Origin: a virus
Lineage: Duplodnaviria; Caudoviricetes
Direction: 5' to 3' (one strand)
Length of the DNA stretch: 40,215 bases
Virus record (IMG/VR): IMGVR_UViG_3300037524_000872
Span: 1 to 40,215 of that record
Shown here: positions 1 to 9,319 of the stretch, one piece after another
Layout: the number at the start of each line of letters is the position of its first letter
Position numbering within the stretch: position 1 is the first letter of the stretch
Position numbers and translations under genes: made by a program
Notes under the pieces: generated by a model
What the model saw: the letters and a program-made list of their open reading frames with translations, nothing else
Databases searched by the model: none
What the model was told of the DNA's origin: nothing

Positions 1-1631
1 GACCCGCCACCGCCGGACCCGCCACCGCCCTCCGTCACGTGCAGCCGCGATGTGGTCCCCGCCACCTCCAGATAAGTGCCCGTCGCGCCCGGCACGAATT
101 CCATCACCATCGTCGCGCCGTTGGTCGCGAATGGCGTCTGCACCCTAATCACCGCCGTCGACCCAGCCGGCACATCCGTCAATAGCGCCGCGCTGCCCTC
201 GAAAGCCGTTGCCTTGACAGTGCCCACCACTTCCAGCGCCTGCGTCGGGCTCGCCGTGTTGATGCCCATCGTCCCGCGGTTGGTCCCATCCCAGAGGAAC
301 AGCACGCTGCGGGGCCGCACTGACTGCAGCTTGCTCGTCTGTACGTCGCCCCAGATGAATGCCGCGCTGTCGCTGTTGGTCAGCGCAAAGTAGCGCCCGA
401 ACCCGAAGGAGCCATTGGCCGAAATCTCGAAATCCAACCCGCCAGGCGCTGCGCTCCACTGGCCGCTGATGTCAATGTCGTCGCCGCCGCCCACCGCGCT
501 GTAGTCCCCCGCCGTGTGGTTGACGCCGCCGGCAATCGTCGCCCCGGACCCGCCCGCCGTGCTGCCTGCGCCGCCACTCACGGTCGACCGCGTACCGCCC
601 GCCGTGTTCTGGTAGCCGCCCGCCGCCGTGGATTGCTGGCCGCTGGCCACCACGTTGCTCGCCGTCGTCCCGACCGTGGCCCCGTCCGCGATGCTCACGC
701 CCTGCCCACTCCGGATCAGCATGCCCTCGAAGTAAGCGTTGTCCTCGAACTGGTTGAACTCCGTCCACCGGTTGGAGCTGTTCAGCCGCCCCAGGTCGTT
801 GCTTCCGCCTGCCAGGTTAAGCCGCGCGACGAGCTGCGATACGCCGTTGTTCGTCCGCCACACAAATTCCCAGTCCGCATTGACGCCCGCCTCGATGCCG
901 GCCAGGTCGGCCGCATCCAGTTGCCCGTCGTCATAGATCCAGAAGTTGGTATGGTTGGCAAAGTCCAGGTAGTACCCGGGCCCCTGCGCATTGAAGAGCG
1001 CCGCGTTGGTCGCGTCGCCCACCGGCACTGTCGACCGGAAAACCGGCGTGGTCCCGTCGATGAAGAAGTACCCGCTCGTGCTGCCCGGCGTGTCGAACCA
1101 GGTCATGTTGTACGGCGACACGAGGCTCCGGTAATAGATCCGCGTCACGTCGACCGTCTGCCGCGGGAAAAGCGCCTCCACGCTGCTCGTCACCCCGCCG
1201 TCGATGTAGATGTTTCCATCGGCCGCGTTGGATGCCGTGATGCCGCCGCTCCCTTTGATCCGCGCGAAGGTGAACGTCTGCGCGCTTCCGCTCTGCAGCA
1301 CGTTCGCATAAGGAGCCCCCGGCGCCGTAATGCTCGATGCCCCGGTGACGTACTGCCCCAGGTTGAGAAAGCTCGCCCCGGCCAGGTCGTCCCAGTTGTC
1401 GATCATCTCGCCGCCAAGCTGGATTTCCACCGCCACGAAACGGTCCGCACCCACCTGCAGGAATCCGCTCAGCGTCTTCGGTGTGTGGGCCGCGCCGTTG
1501 GTCCCGACCATAACGGCCACGCTCACCGCGCCCGTCGGGTTCGGGTTCGTCCACTGCGCTTGGCTGCTTTGCGCCATACAAAACAGCCAGCTCGCCACCC
1601 CGTAGCCGACGAGGCGCAGGCGGGTGCTCAT
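1..1631 (-). CDS. Tail fibre/spike, N-terminal part (not in the ORF track because it runs off the left end)
   Basis: ATG at 1631 with AGGA upstream. Reads MSTRLRLVGYGVASWLFCMAQSSQAQW..., Gly-rich repeats (STAAGGYQNTAGGTRSTVSGG), MGINTASPTQALEVVGTV, and ends ...GGGGSGGGGS at base 1. Confidence 0.85.
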   Translation of the reverse strand, partial: MSTRLRLVGYGVASWLFCMAQSSQAQWTNPNPTGAVSVAVMVGTNGAAHTPKTLSGFLQVGADRFVAVEIQLGGEMIDNWDDLAGASFLNLGQYVTGASSITAPGAPYANVLQSGSAQTFTFARIKGSGGITASNAADGNIYIDGGVTSSVEALFPRQTVDVTRIYYRSLVSPYNMTWFDTPGSTSGYFFIDGTTPVFRSTVPVGDATNAALFNAQGPGYYLDFANHTNFWIYDDGQLDAADLAGIEAGVNADWEFVWRTNNGVSQLVARLNLAGGSNDLGRLNSSNRWTEFNQFEDNAYFEGMLIRSGQGVSIADGATVGTTASNVVASGQQSTAAGGYQNTAGGTRSTVSGGAGSTAGGSGATIAGGVNHTAGDYSAVGGGDDIDISGQWSAAPGGLDFEISANGSFGFGRYFALTNSDSAAFIWGDVQTSKLQSVRPRSVLFLWDGTNRGTMGINTASPTQALEVVGTVKATAFEGSAALLTDVPAGSTAVIRVQTPFATNGATMVMEFVPGATGTYLEVAGTTSRLHVTEGGGGSGGGG

Positions 1632-1645
1632 GTGCCGGTTCCTGC

Positions 1646-1960
1646 TCATCCCAGGTAAAACTCCGTGCCGACCGCGACCGCATTGCTTCCGGTCTTGATG
1701 AACTTCGCCGCCTTCGCCCGGGCCGCGCTCCACATGCCGATGTACGGCGCCGTGAGCAGGTGCCCCGTGTTCGCGTCCGGCGTCGATCCGTCAAAGGTCA
1801 CGCGCACGTTGGCCGTGTCCACGCTCACCAGTACATGGGTGGTCTTCGGGCTCAGCGTGCCAAACGCCAGCGCCCCGGCTGTCAGCGCAAGCTGCTGCTG
1901 CAACCGGTCCGGCGTGGGCTTCACTTCGTTTTCAAGGTTCACAATTCTGTCGTTGTACAT
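1646..1960 (-). CDS. Small virion-associated hypothetical protein (104 aa)
   Basis: GGAAGAGGAG RBS. Beta-rich sequence (VRVTFDGSTP) in the structural operon. Confidence 0.7.
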   Translation of the reverse strand: MYNDRIVNLENEVKPTPDRLQQQLALTAGALAFGTLSPKTTHVLVSVDTANVRVTFDGSTPDANTGHLLTAPYIGMWSAARAKAAKFIKTGSNAVAVGTEFYLG

Positions 1961-1981
1961 CCGCGTTCTCCTCTTCCGCCG

Positions 1982-2872
1982 TCAGCGACCAACTACCGTT
2001 GCCCTCATGGTCAGCCCCTGCTGCCCCATCTCCACATCGTGCAGGCGCTGCAGCTCCCAAAACGCCGTCCCGTGGCGCGGGCTGTCCGTTTCGCCCAGCA
2101 CCGCCTCCGCCTTCTCAAGCTGGCCGTCGTCCTTGAGCGCGTCCGCATAGGCCGCCAGCACCACAAATGTCTCGTAGACTGCCGGAAAATCCACCTTCAC
2201 CCACGTCCCGTCCGTCGTCGGCGCCTGGTTGTCGTGCGCCACCAGACACTCGTAGACCTCGCCGGTCGTGGTGTAGTAGGCGCGGTCGCCGACCGCGTAG
2301 CTCGTCGTGTTGTTCCACGGCGTCGCCGTGAACCGCGGCGCAGGCGTCCGGAACCTCACAAACGGCCACGCTGGCGCGCCGGCATACATCTGCACCCCGT
2401 CCTGGCTGATCCAGTGCGGGACCGTGTACGGGTCGTCGTTCAGTCGCGGGTCGCGCTTGCAGACATATTCCACATGCGCAATGGTCTTGAGCCCCGTTGT
2501 CCCGGCCGGCGGAGCAAACGGGATATACCTGTTGAAATCCTCCGTCAGCTCCTCCCAGTACGTGCCCGCCGTGTCCAGGTCCGGCTGCTCGCCCGTGCTT
2601 GCCGCCACCGCCGTGTAGTAAAGCTCGTCCTCTTCGTTGAAGACCTCGTCGCCGATCGCGTAGGCCGTGCTCGCTTCCCAGCTCTGCCGGTACGCGCGCT
2701 GCTCCACCACCATCAGGTCATTCCAGAAATCGTGCTCGTGCGCCTCGCGCGCGCGCAGCGTCATAAACATCGCGTAGGCGTTCGCCAGCTCCTCGGAAAG
2801 GTCCTTCGCCGGATCCATTCCCATCATCCGCGCGATGCTGTGCAGCACGCTCCTGAATGTGACCGTTCGCAT
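1982..2872 (-). CDS. Head-tail adaptor / tail tubular protein A-like, with two CBM5/12-like inserts
   Basis: Position after the capsid genes. WEASTAYAIGDEV and WNNTTSYAVGDRA repeats. C-terminal FPAVYETFVVLAAYADAL is adaptor-like. Confidence 0.6.
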   Translation of the reverse strand: MRTVTFRSVLHSIARMMGMDPAKDLSEELANAYAMFMTLRAREAHEHDFWNDLMVVEQRAYRQSWEASTAYAIGDEVFNEEDELYYTAVAASTGEQPDLDTAGTYWEELTEDFNRYIPFAPPAGTTGLKTIAHVEYVCKRDPRLNDDPYTVPHWISQDGVQMYAGAPAWPFVRFRTPAPRFTATPWNNTTSYAVGDRAYYTTTGEVYECLVAHDNQAPTTDGTWVKVDFPAVYETFVVLAAYADALKDDGQLEKAEAVLGETDSPRHGTAFWELQRLHDVEMGQQGLTMRATVVGR

Positions 2873-2878
2873 GGTTTC

Positions 2879-3286
2879 CTACGCCGCCTTGGTCGTTTCC
2901 GCGTACGTCTTCGTGAACTTCGCGCGGTTCCGGTCCGGACCCCACGCATTCACCACCGTGGTCGTCTCCGACCTGCTCCTGATCCGGCACGCCGGATTGT
3001 CGCGCAGGAACTCCTTCACAAACTGCGCATCCTTCCAGCAGTCCCTTCCCAGGCGGTTCGCCCAGAACCAGTAGAATGCTGGATGCACCTGCATCTTCAC
3101 CTCGCCGAAATCCAGAAGCCTCCGCTCCCCGTTGCGCGCAGCCGCCTCGATCTGCTGGCGCTCCGCCATCTTCAGCTCCGCGAGCTCGTAATCCGCCAGC
3201 GCCTTCAGCGCCTCGTCGTCAAGCTCCAGCTCGTAGCCGCTTCCGGTTTCCTGGATGGGTGACACCATGTCCTTGCCTGCCTTCAA
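2879..3286 (-). CDS. Phage hypothetical protein (start may be 3268)
   Basis: In the structural operon. YWFWANRLGRDCWKDAQFVKEFLRDNP resembles small proteins often found after capsid genes. Confidence 0.65.
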   Translation of the reverse strand: MKAGKDMVSPIQETGSGYELELDDEALKALADYELAELKMAERQQIEAAARNGERRLLDFGEVKMQVHPAFYWFWANRLGRDCWKDAQFVKEFLRDNPACRIRSRSETTTVVNAWGPDRNRAKFTKTYAETTKAA

Positions 3287-3290
3287 GACA

Positions 3291-3320
3291 AGGGGCGCCG
3301 GTCGTGTAGCCGGCGCCCCT
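3291..3320 (-). terminator. Intergenic GC-rich hairpin, possible weak terminator
   Basis: AGGGGCGCCGG-N8-CCGGCGCCCCT, followed on the minus strand by TGTCTTG. Confidence 0.5.
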
Positions 3321-3350
3321 CGTGTTCTGCACTCGTCTCGGGTCGCCGTC

Positions 3351-3965
3351 CTAGAAACGCTGGCGAATTCGGAAATAGGCGCGCCCGGCGCCGTTGCTCA
3401 GCGCGCTGACGCTCTCTTCCGCGTTGGGCGTGAAGACCACGTCCACCGTGTCGTCCACCGTGTACACCTTCCCGCCCAGCAGCGCCTCCGCCACGGTGAG
3501 CGTGGCGTTCGTCACCACGGCGCGCGCGTCGTTCGTGTGCACGCCCGTCTGCAGCGTGAGCGTCACCGTGTTGCTGTTGACCGGCGGCAGCTTGAACCAG
3601 ATCTCCGTCCCGTCGACGTTCAACTCCGTCGAGGTGAGATACAGGTCCGCGTCCGTGCCGTCGCCGATATGCAGCAGCGTCGATCCGGTGTAGTTCGTGT
3701 CCCCGCTGTCGCAGGCCTCATCCAGCACGAACACCGCAAGCTCCACGGACGAATTGCTCACCACGGGGAGAGTAAACGTCTGCGTCGCGTTGGTCGTCGT
3801 GTTGGTCAGGTCGTTGTGCGTCCAGGTGAAAAGGTAGTTGCCTCCCCACTGCGCCGCCTCCTGGCTGCTGATCGGGCCCCACGTGTACGCCTTCGCCGCC
3901 GGCACCGCCGCAAGCGCCAGCGCCGCGGCAACCATCGCCATCATCATCTGTTTCTGAATCTTCAT
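3351..3965 (-). CDS. Putative capsid decoration/cement protein with N-terminal signal peptide
   Basis: Directly after the MCP. Beta-rich (LHIGDGTDADLYL). N-terminus MKIQKQMMMAMVAAALALAAVPAAKA-Y is Sec-like. Confidence 0.6.
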   Translation of the reverse strand: MKIQKQMMMAMVAAALALAAVPAAKAYTWGPISSQEAAQWGGNYLFTWTHNDLTNTTTNATQTFTLPVVSNSSVELAVFVLDEACDSGDTNYTGSTLLHIGDGTDADLYLTSTELNVDGTEIWFKLPPVNSNTVTLTLQTGVHTNDARAVVTNATLTVAEALLGGKVYTVDDTVDVVFTPNAEESVSALSNGAGRAYFRIRQRF

Positions 3966-4021
3966 CGCTTCTTGTCCTTTACGTCGTTTTGGTCCTTGTA
4001 CGTCACTTGCCGCCTTGCGTT

Positions 4022-4048
4022 GCGGGCCCGGCCGGTGGCCGGGCCCGC
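4022..4048 (-). other. Perfect 12-bp hairpin just after the MCP stop (mRNA stabiliser or attenuator)
   Basis: GCGGGCCCGGCC-GGT-GGCCGGGCCCGC with no U-tract on the minus strand. Confidence 0.55.
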
Positions 4049-4056
4049 CGGTTCGC

Positions 4057-5061
4057 TTACGCGTCCGCGCTGATGTCCATCTTCATGTCGCCGATGGGCG
4101 TCCACTTGATCAGCCCGAAGATCGTGTCCACGATGCTGCGCGGACCGCCACCCTCGTCCTGCAGGTCCATGATGCGCGGCATGCGCATGTACGCGATGCT
4201 GTGCATGTCCGGGTCCAGGAAGAGCCCGCTGCGGGTCGTCTTCGCCGTCGCCGCGCCGGAGGCCGGCGCGCGGTAGAGGAACGCGCTCAACATCAGCTCG
4301 ACTTCGCCGAAGTCCGTCGCGAGCTTGTCGATCACGTTGTAGATCACGCGGCTCTTCAGGTCCGTGTTGAACTGCCGCACGATGGTCGACCCGCTCACGT
4401 TCGGCGTGTACCGGGTGAAGTCGCTGAATTTCTTCTTCAGCGCGCTGCCCAGCACGCCGACCCAGGTTCCGGGGCCCTTGCGCTGGTTGAACGAGGCCGA
4501 CAGCATGTCCAGCAGCGTCGTTTCCGTCACGTTCGCCAGCGTGCCGCTGTAGATCTGCGCCGCCGGCGTGCGGACTTCCGCGGGAACCGGGAAGTGCCCC
4601 TGCGCCGTCGCCTGGATCCACTTCGGCAGCCCGCGCGTCTCGTTCGGAAGCGTGCCGTTGTCTTCCTGGCTGTCCTTGTCCGCAAGGATCGACATCTCGA
4701 TCTTGCGCTTGCACATGATCAGCGCCTTGGCCTTCTGGTTCTTCATCTCGCTCTGGATGCCGGCCACATCCGTCTCCTCGGCGAAATCCGTCACCTTCGG
4801 GTTCTCCCAGACCTTCTGGCAGATCGCCTTCATGGCGTAGCGCGGAACGTGGTCAAACGTGTCCGCGTCCTTCCCGTCCACAACGCCCGCAAAGGCGCGG
4901 TCCGGGTAGACTTCCGCCTGGTAGTCGATGACCTTCTGCGCCGGCTTCGGGTGCTTCTTGGCCATCGAAGATACCGGGCACTTCGTGCTTTCGATGTTCG
5001 CGATGATGTCGGCCAGCGCCTGGCGCTTGCCTACCTGATCTCTCTCGTATGCCGCTGCCAT
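4057..5061 (-). CDS. Major capsid protein (DUF5309/SU10-like)
   Basis: AGGAG RBS. GKRQALADIIANIESTKCP, KRKIEMSIL, ETRGLPKWI and TDFGEVEL motifs. Follows the scaffold. Confidence 0.85.
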   Translation of the reverse strand: MAAAYERDQVGKRQALADIIANIESTKCPVSSMAKKHPKPAQKVIDYQAEVYPDRAFAGVVDGKDADTFDHVPRYAMKAICQKVWENPKVTDFAEETDVAGIQSEMKNQKAKALIMCKRKIEMSILADKDSQEDNGTLPNETRGLPKWIQATAQGHFPVPAEVRTPAAQIYSGTLANVTETTLLDMLSASFNQRKGPGTWVGVLGSALKKKFSDFTRYTPNVSGSTIVRQFNTDLKSRVIYNVIDKLATDFGEVELMLSAFLYRAPASGAATAKTTRSGLFLDPDMHSIAYMRMPRIMDLQDEGGGPRSIVDTIFGLIKWTPIGDMKMDISADA

Positions 5062-5076
5062 GTTGAAAACTCCTGT

Positions 5077-6141
5077 TTAATTGTCGTCGGTGGTTTCGAG
5101 GCCATCAATGGCCTCGGCGAGTGCGGCTTCCGTGCCGCCCCCTTCGATGAACTTGTTCACGCGGTTCGATGATGCCGTCACGGTCTTCTTGGGCGCTGCA
5201 GGCTCTCGCCGGCTGGGCGCGGGCTCGGATGGCACGCGCGGCGGCGCGGGTGTCCGCTCGTCGGGCTTCTTGCCCTTGGCCGCGATCTTCTCGCGCAGGG
5301 CCTTTTCCCCGGCCAGCAGTTGTCCGATGATGACGTTGACGAAGGGGTGGCTCTTCAGCCCGGGGAACGATTTCAGGATGCGCTCGCGCGCCTGGCTCGC
5401 CTCGCTCTTCGCGTCGAGCAGTTCCGGGTAGTGTTCCCGCACGAGGATCTGGTCGACCTTCGCGCGCTGCCTCACGCGCTCGCGCGCCCTCGGCAGCTCT
5501 TCCTGGCGCAGGCGCTGCACCTCGCGGTGACGCGCCCGCACTTCCTTCGCGGAAAACGTTGTCTGCCCGTCCTCGCTCTCGTAGCCGTCCAGGTTCTCAA
5601 ACAGCACGTCTTCCTGCTGCTTCAGCTTGGCGTCGAGCGTTTCCAGCTCCGCCTCCGTTTCGGCCATGTGGATCGGGCTCGCGCCCCGCGGAAGCTCCGC
5701 GGGCTCGCTGGTTCCCCGCCTGGCCAGCTCCGCCTCGGCCTTCTCCGCGCGCGCCACGGCGGCCTTCTCGGCCTCCTTGCCCCTCGCGTGGATCTTGTCG
5801 ATGCGCCGCTGGATCTTCGCCGCCAGCTCCGGGCCGATGCCCTTGATCTTGTCGATCGGCTGGCTCTCGTCGTCGTCAGCCCCAGGCTCCCCGTCGGTGC
5901 TGCGCGCCGGGTCCGGATCCTTCTCGCCGCCGGCTCCGTCGCCGTCCGGCTTGAAGTTCACCAGGTCCCCGACCCCTGCCCCTTCGGCGAGTCCCTGCAA
6001 CTCGCTGATTTCCGTGTCGGTTTCTTCTGCACCCCCGCGAGCCTCTTGCCCCGGTTCGTTCACAGCAGGATTCAGTGCGGCGCCGGGTTCCGGCTCCGCC
6101 ACCGCGGCCGCTGAGGCGCCGCCTTTGGTCGGGTCATTCAT
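5077..6141 (-). CDS. Capsid scaffolding protein (354 aa)
   Basis: GAGGG RBS before ATG 6141. Acidic disordered N-terminus and coiled coil (KIQRRIDKIHARGKEAE). Lies upstream of the MCP. Confidence 0.8.
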   Translation of the reverse strand: MNDPTKGGASAAAVAEPEPGAALNPAVNEPGQEARGGAEETDTEISELQGLAEGAGVGDLVNFKPDGDGAGGEKDPDPARSTDGEPGADDDESQPIDKIKGIGPELAAKIQRRIDKIHARGKEAEKAAVARAEKAEAELARRGTSEPAELPRGASPIHMAETEAELETLDAKLKQQEDVLFENLDGYESEDGQTTFSAKEVRARHREVQRLRQEELPRARERVRQRAKVDQILVREHYPELLDAKSEASQARERILKSFPGLKSHPFVNVIIGQLLAGEKALREKIAAKGKKPDERTPAPPRVPSEPAPSRREPAAPKKTVTASSNRVNKFIEGGGTEAALAEAIDGLETTDDN

Positions 6142-6241
6142 GTGGGTCCCTCGACATGGCTGGGCGTACACCGTCGCGGGCTCCGCCAAGAAAAGCGCCG
6201 CGATGACATTTCGTCCTCACGGCGCAAAGAAAACGCCTATT

Positions 6242-6250
6242 CTTAGTAAG
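6242..6250. promoter_or_regulatory. Operator-like palindrome CTTAGTAAG (degenerate second copy at 6253-6261)
   Basis: AT-rich palindrome in the intergenic region upstream of scaffold/MCP. One of six exact copies. Confidence 0.7.
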
Positions 6251-6312
6251 TGTCTACTAAGTGTTTCCGATAAGCGGGCAATACCGGACAAATGCGGTCA
6301 AAGGAATGCCGG

Positions 6313-6573
6313 TTATGCGCTTCGTGCGGGCAGCGGCGGCGGAAGTGGCGGCGGCTCATTCGCGCGGCGCAGGCATCGCGCGTCAAACGGGAGCAGGGTG
6401 GAATCCAGCGCCCCGCAGTAACGGCATTCCAGATGCTCCAGTGGCGCCCCTGGATGTACAAACGCCTCATAGACGGCCTTGCACACGTGGCACTTCATCA
6501 GCCCCACCACAAAGCCCTCCGCGCAGTAGTACGCGCGGACCCTGTCAAAATCGGCGTAGAGCGCCCGGTTCAC
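6313..6573 (-). CDS. Small zinc-ribbon protein (86 aa)
   Basis: GTG overlaps the upstream TGA. CHVC...CRYC motifs. Confidence 0.6.
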   Translation of the reverse strand: MNRALYADFDRVRAYYCAEGFVVGLMKCHVCKAVYEAFVHPGAPLEHLECRYCGALDSTLLPFDARCLRRANEPPPLPPPLPARSA

Positions 6574-6896
6574 TTTTCTTCGGACGCCGCCAGTTCGGCC
6601 TCGACGGCCGCCTCGACTTCGTCCATCGCGTCGATTTTGCCCCGCAGCAGGTCCACTTCCCGGTCCTGCAGCTTCGGGTCCGTGATCGCGTTCGTCGCGT
6701 CCTCGCGCAGTTGGTGCAGGATCGCCAGGATGCCGCGCACCGTCGCGTGCCCCCGGCCCACGGCAAACGCCGCGCGCATCTCCTTTTCCAGCAGGATCAG
6801 CGCCCCCCTCCGATTCGGCCGGCGCGGCACCGCTCCGATACGCATACCGACAGCAGCCCCGCAAACAAACACCCCCATGAGAATAAACACTTCCAC
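6570..6896 (-). CDS. Hypothetical protein downstream of portal, with hydrophobic N-terminus
   Basis: Coupled to the portal. The C-terminal LLRGKIDAMDEV helix is typical of small post-portal proteins. Confidence 0.65.
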   Translation of the reverse strand: MEVFILMGVFVCGAAVGMRIGAVPRRPNRRGALILLEKEMRAAFAVGRGHATVRGILAILHQLREDATNAITDPKLQDREVDLLRGKIDAMDEVEAAVEAELAASEEK

Positions 6897-6900
6897 GGTT

Positions 6901-9075
6901 CTAGCCCTCCTTCTCCACGCCCACGCGTCCCGTCTCGGCGTTCTTGATCTGCTGCACCTGGAAGTCCAGGTATTCGAGCCGCTTCAGGAGCAGGCCCTTC
7001 TTCCGCTCGCTCAGCTCCGCGAGGAAGTCCGGCTGCGTCTGCACCATCCGCGTCACCGCCTGCAGGCGCAGCGGGAAGTTCAGGCCCTCCGGCGGCATCG
7101 GCGGCTCAATGCCGGCCGCAATCAGCGCCAGGTTCTTCAGCTCGTCGTCCAGCTCGCGCTGGTCCGCCGCCTGCGGGTCGGAAAGCACATCGTCCGCCAG
7201 TTCGGGGTCGTACATCGCCAGCGCGCGCCGCACGAGCTTGTCGTATTGCAGCGTCTGCCGGCGGTCCAGCGGAACGATCACGCTGCCCACCGTCTTCGCA
7301 AAAGCCTCGATATAGGCCGGGTCCATCGTCCGCGCGTCAAAGGTGAGCGTCAGGTCGATCATGCTGCGCAGTTCGGACGCGCTCGGCTTGCTCGGCCACT
7401 TCTTCCCCGTGATTCGCTCCAGCTCCCCGCGGCTCAGGTAGTGGATCGCGCACTGCACCGCCATCGTCAGCGCCGTCGCCAACCGGTCCAGGAACTGGTC
7501 CACCATCATCTGCCGCAACACCACCGCCAGGTCGTTCGGGTTCTCCGGATCCATCCGACCCATGTACTCGTTGACCTGCCTCCGGATTTCGCCGATCTGC
7601 GCCGCGCTCACCTGCGGAGGCGGCGGCGGCTGGAACCAGCGGTATTCACCCGGCCGGCGCTCCGGTATCTGCCCCAGGCTCCGTATCACCAGCGGCGTCT
7701 TCGGCCGGTTGTGCGGCGTCATAATCGGCGGAAGCCCGCCGATCACCGCCACGTCGTCCACCACATCGTGGTGGGTCTTCATGCTCGCCTGTTGCGTCAT
7801 CAGCAGTCCGGCCACGCCACGGCTGTCCCACAGGCGCGATGTGATGATCTCCCGCGGAAACTCGACAAACGGCTGGCCCATGTGCGGGTAGTCCAGCAGC
7901 TCGCGCCCCTTCGCCGTCTCGTCCGTCACCAGGTGGTGGAACGTCGTCATGTACACGCCGGGCACCCCGTCGTCGTTCACCGCCCGCTGGAAAGCCGTGA
8001 TCACCTGGAACCGGTCGCGATACTTCTCGCGCGTATCCGAACGCGCGTTCGTCAGGCTGTAGTCGGAAGTCACCTTGTCCAGCAGGCTGTAGTCCGGGAA
8101 CGCCGCTTCGCTTTCCCGCTTCAGCACTTCCTCGATGAACTCGGGTGACCACCCCTCGGAATGTTCCTTCTCGCGGACCTCCGATGCCGTCAGGGTCTGC
8201 ACCATGTACACCGCTCGGGCCCGCTGCAGGTCCGTCGGTGTGTTCGACGGAAACAGCACATCTTCAAACAGCTTCAGCGCAGCCAGGCGCGGCATGCGGC
8301 ACTCCGTCACCATGCGCGGGAAGGTCGCCTTGCCCGTCTCGCGAAACTCGCGGATCATCTCCCGCGCGCGGCCGTCGCTCTTGATCACCTTCACCATCGT
8401 CCGCAGCAGCGCGATCGCCTCGTCCTCGCGCTCGGGATTCTGGAGCATGTCGAGCAGGTCCGTTATTTCCTGCTTCTCCAGTTTGCGCTGCAGGAGCTGT
8501 GAAATCACTCCGGCCAGTTCCTCCAGCGTCACCGTGGTCAGCTCCAGCCCGCGGCGCTCGTACCAGTACACGTACAGCACGCCAATGCCCGGGTCGTCGC
8601 CCTCCATGTAGTTCGCCAGCTTCGTCAGCTCCGTGCGGTACAGGCAGCGCCATTGGCTCTTGATGATGAAGCGCATGAGGATCTTCACGCGCGCCGCCAG
8701 GCCCGTGTCGTTGATCTCCATGCCGAACAGACCGGGCGCGGCCCGCGTCGCCGCCGTCACCAGGATCGCCACGCGCTCGTTGATCACCGTGTCGGCCAGG
8801 CGCACCCGTTGGTCGCTCGCACCCTCGAACGGGAAGGGCTCCTTGCCGATCACTTCCTTGCGTTTCTTCCCGTCCGGGCTCTGCCCGTCCCAGATGCAGA
8901 AACGCGTCTCTTCCGCGTGCTTGCGCTGCTCGAAGAGCCCGGCGCTCGCGTCCGTCCAGATTTGGTCGATGTCCTTGTTCAGCGCGTCGATCAGCTCCTT
9001 GGTCGGATTCTTCTCTCCGCCCCCGTCGCCCTCGACCTGCTCCAGCTCCGCGCGCGTCTGCTCCTGGTCGTTCAT
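6901..9075 (-). CDS. Portal protein (724 aa)
   Basis: Size and position between TerL and scaffold. PFPFEGASDQRVRLAD and DSRGVAGLL motifs. Confidence 0.85.
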   Translation of the reverse strand: MNDQEQTRAELEQVEGDGGGEKNPTKELIDALNKDIDQIWTDASAGLFEQRKHAEETRFCIWDGQSPDGKKRKEVIGKEPFPFEGASDQRVRLADTVINERVAILVTAATRAAPGLFGMEINDTGLAARVKILMRFIIKSQWRCLYRTELTKLANYMEGDDPGIGVLYVYWYERRGLELTTVTLEELAGVISQLLQRKLEKQEITDLLDMLQNPEREDEAIALLRTMVKVIKSDGRAREMIREFRETGKATFPRMVTECRMPRLAALKLFEDVLFPSNTPTDLQRARAVYMVQTLTASEVREKEHSEGWSPEFIEEVLKRESEAAFPDYSLLDKVTSDYSLTNARSDTREKYRDRFQVITAFQRAVNDDGVPGVYMTTFHHLVTDETAKGRELLDYPHMGQPFVEFPREIITSRLWDSRGVAGLLMTQQASMKTHHDVVDDVAVIGGLPPIMTPHNRPKTPLVIRSLGQIPERRPGEYRWFQPPPPPQVSAAQIGEIRRQVNEYMGRMDPENPNDLAVVLRQMMVDQFLDRLATALTMAVQCAIHYLSRGELERITGKKWPSKPSASELRSMIDLTLTFDARTMDPAYIEAFAKTVGSVIVPLDRRQTLQYDKLVRRALAMYDPELADDVLSDPQAADQRELDDELKNLALIAAGIEPPMPPEGLNFPLRLQAVTRMVQTQPDFLAELSERKKGLLLKRLEYLDFQVQQIKNAETGRVGVEKEG

Positions 9076-9275
9076 GTTCCGCCTTTCGTCGTGCTCGTGT
9101 GCGCCACGCGGTTCGCCAGGGCCACCACCTCCGCCTCGATGAACACCGCCCGGGCCTTCGCCGTGAACCGCCTCGGCACCAGCTCCCCCGCCCGGATCAG
9201 TTTCGTCAGCGACTCATCGCTCAGCCCCAGCATCGTCCGAACCTCGCGCCTGCGCATAAATCTCGGCAAGTCCAT
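9072..9275 (-). CDS. AlpA/excisionase-like HTH protein (67 aa)
   Basis: FMRRREVRTMLGLSDESLTKLIRAGEL, with a GGGAG RBS. Confidence 0.75.
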   Translation of the reverse strand: MDLPRFMRRREVRTMLGLSDESLTKLIRAGELVPRRFTAKARAVFIEAEVVALANRVAHTSTTKGGT

Positions 9276-9310
9276 CGTGGTGTACTCCCAAATTAAGAGC
9301 TTGACAAGTT

Positions 9311-9319
9311 CTTACTAAG
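9311..9319. promoter_or_regulatory. Operator-like palindrome CTTACTAAG
   Basis: Overlaps the stop of the 56-aa ORF, upstream of the HTH and portal genes. Confidence 0.7.

Noticed and set aside
9301-9306. Plus-strand TTGACA next to the operator as an antisense promoter
   Set aside because: No acceptable -10 at 16-18 bp spacing. Not supportable without TSS data.
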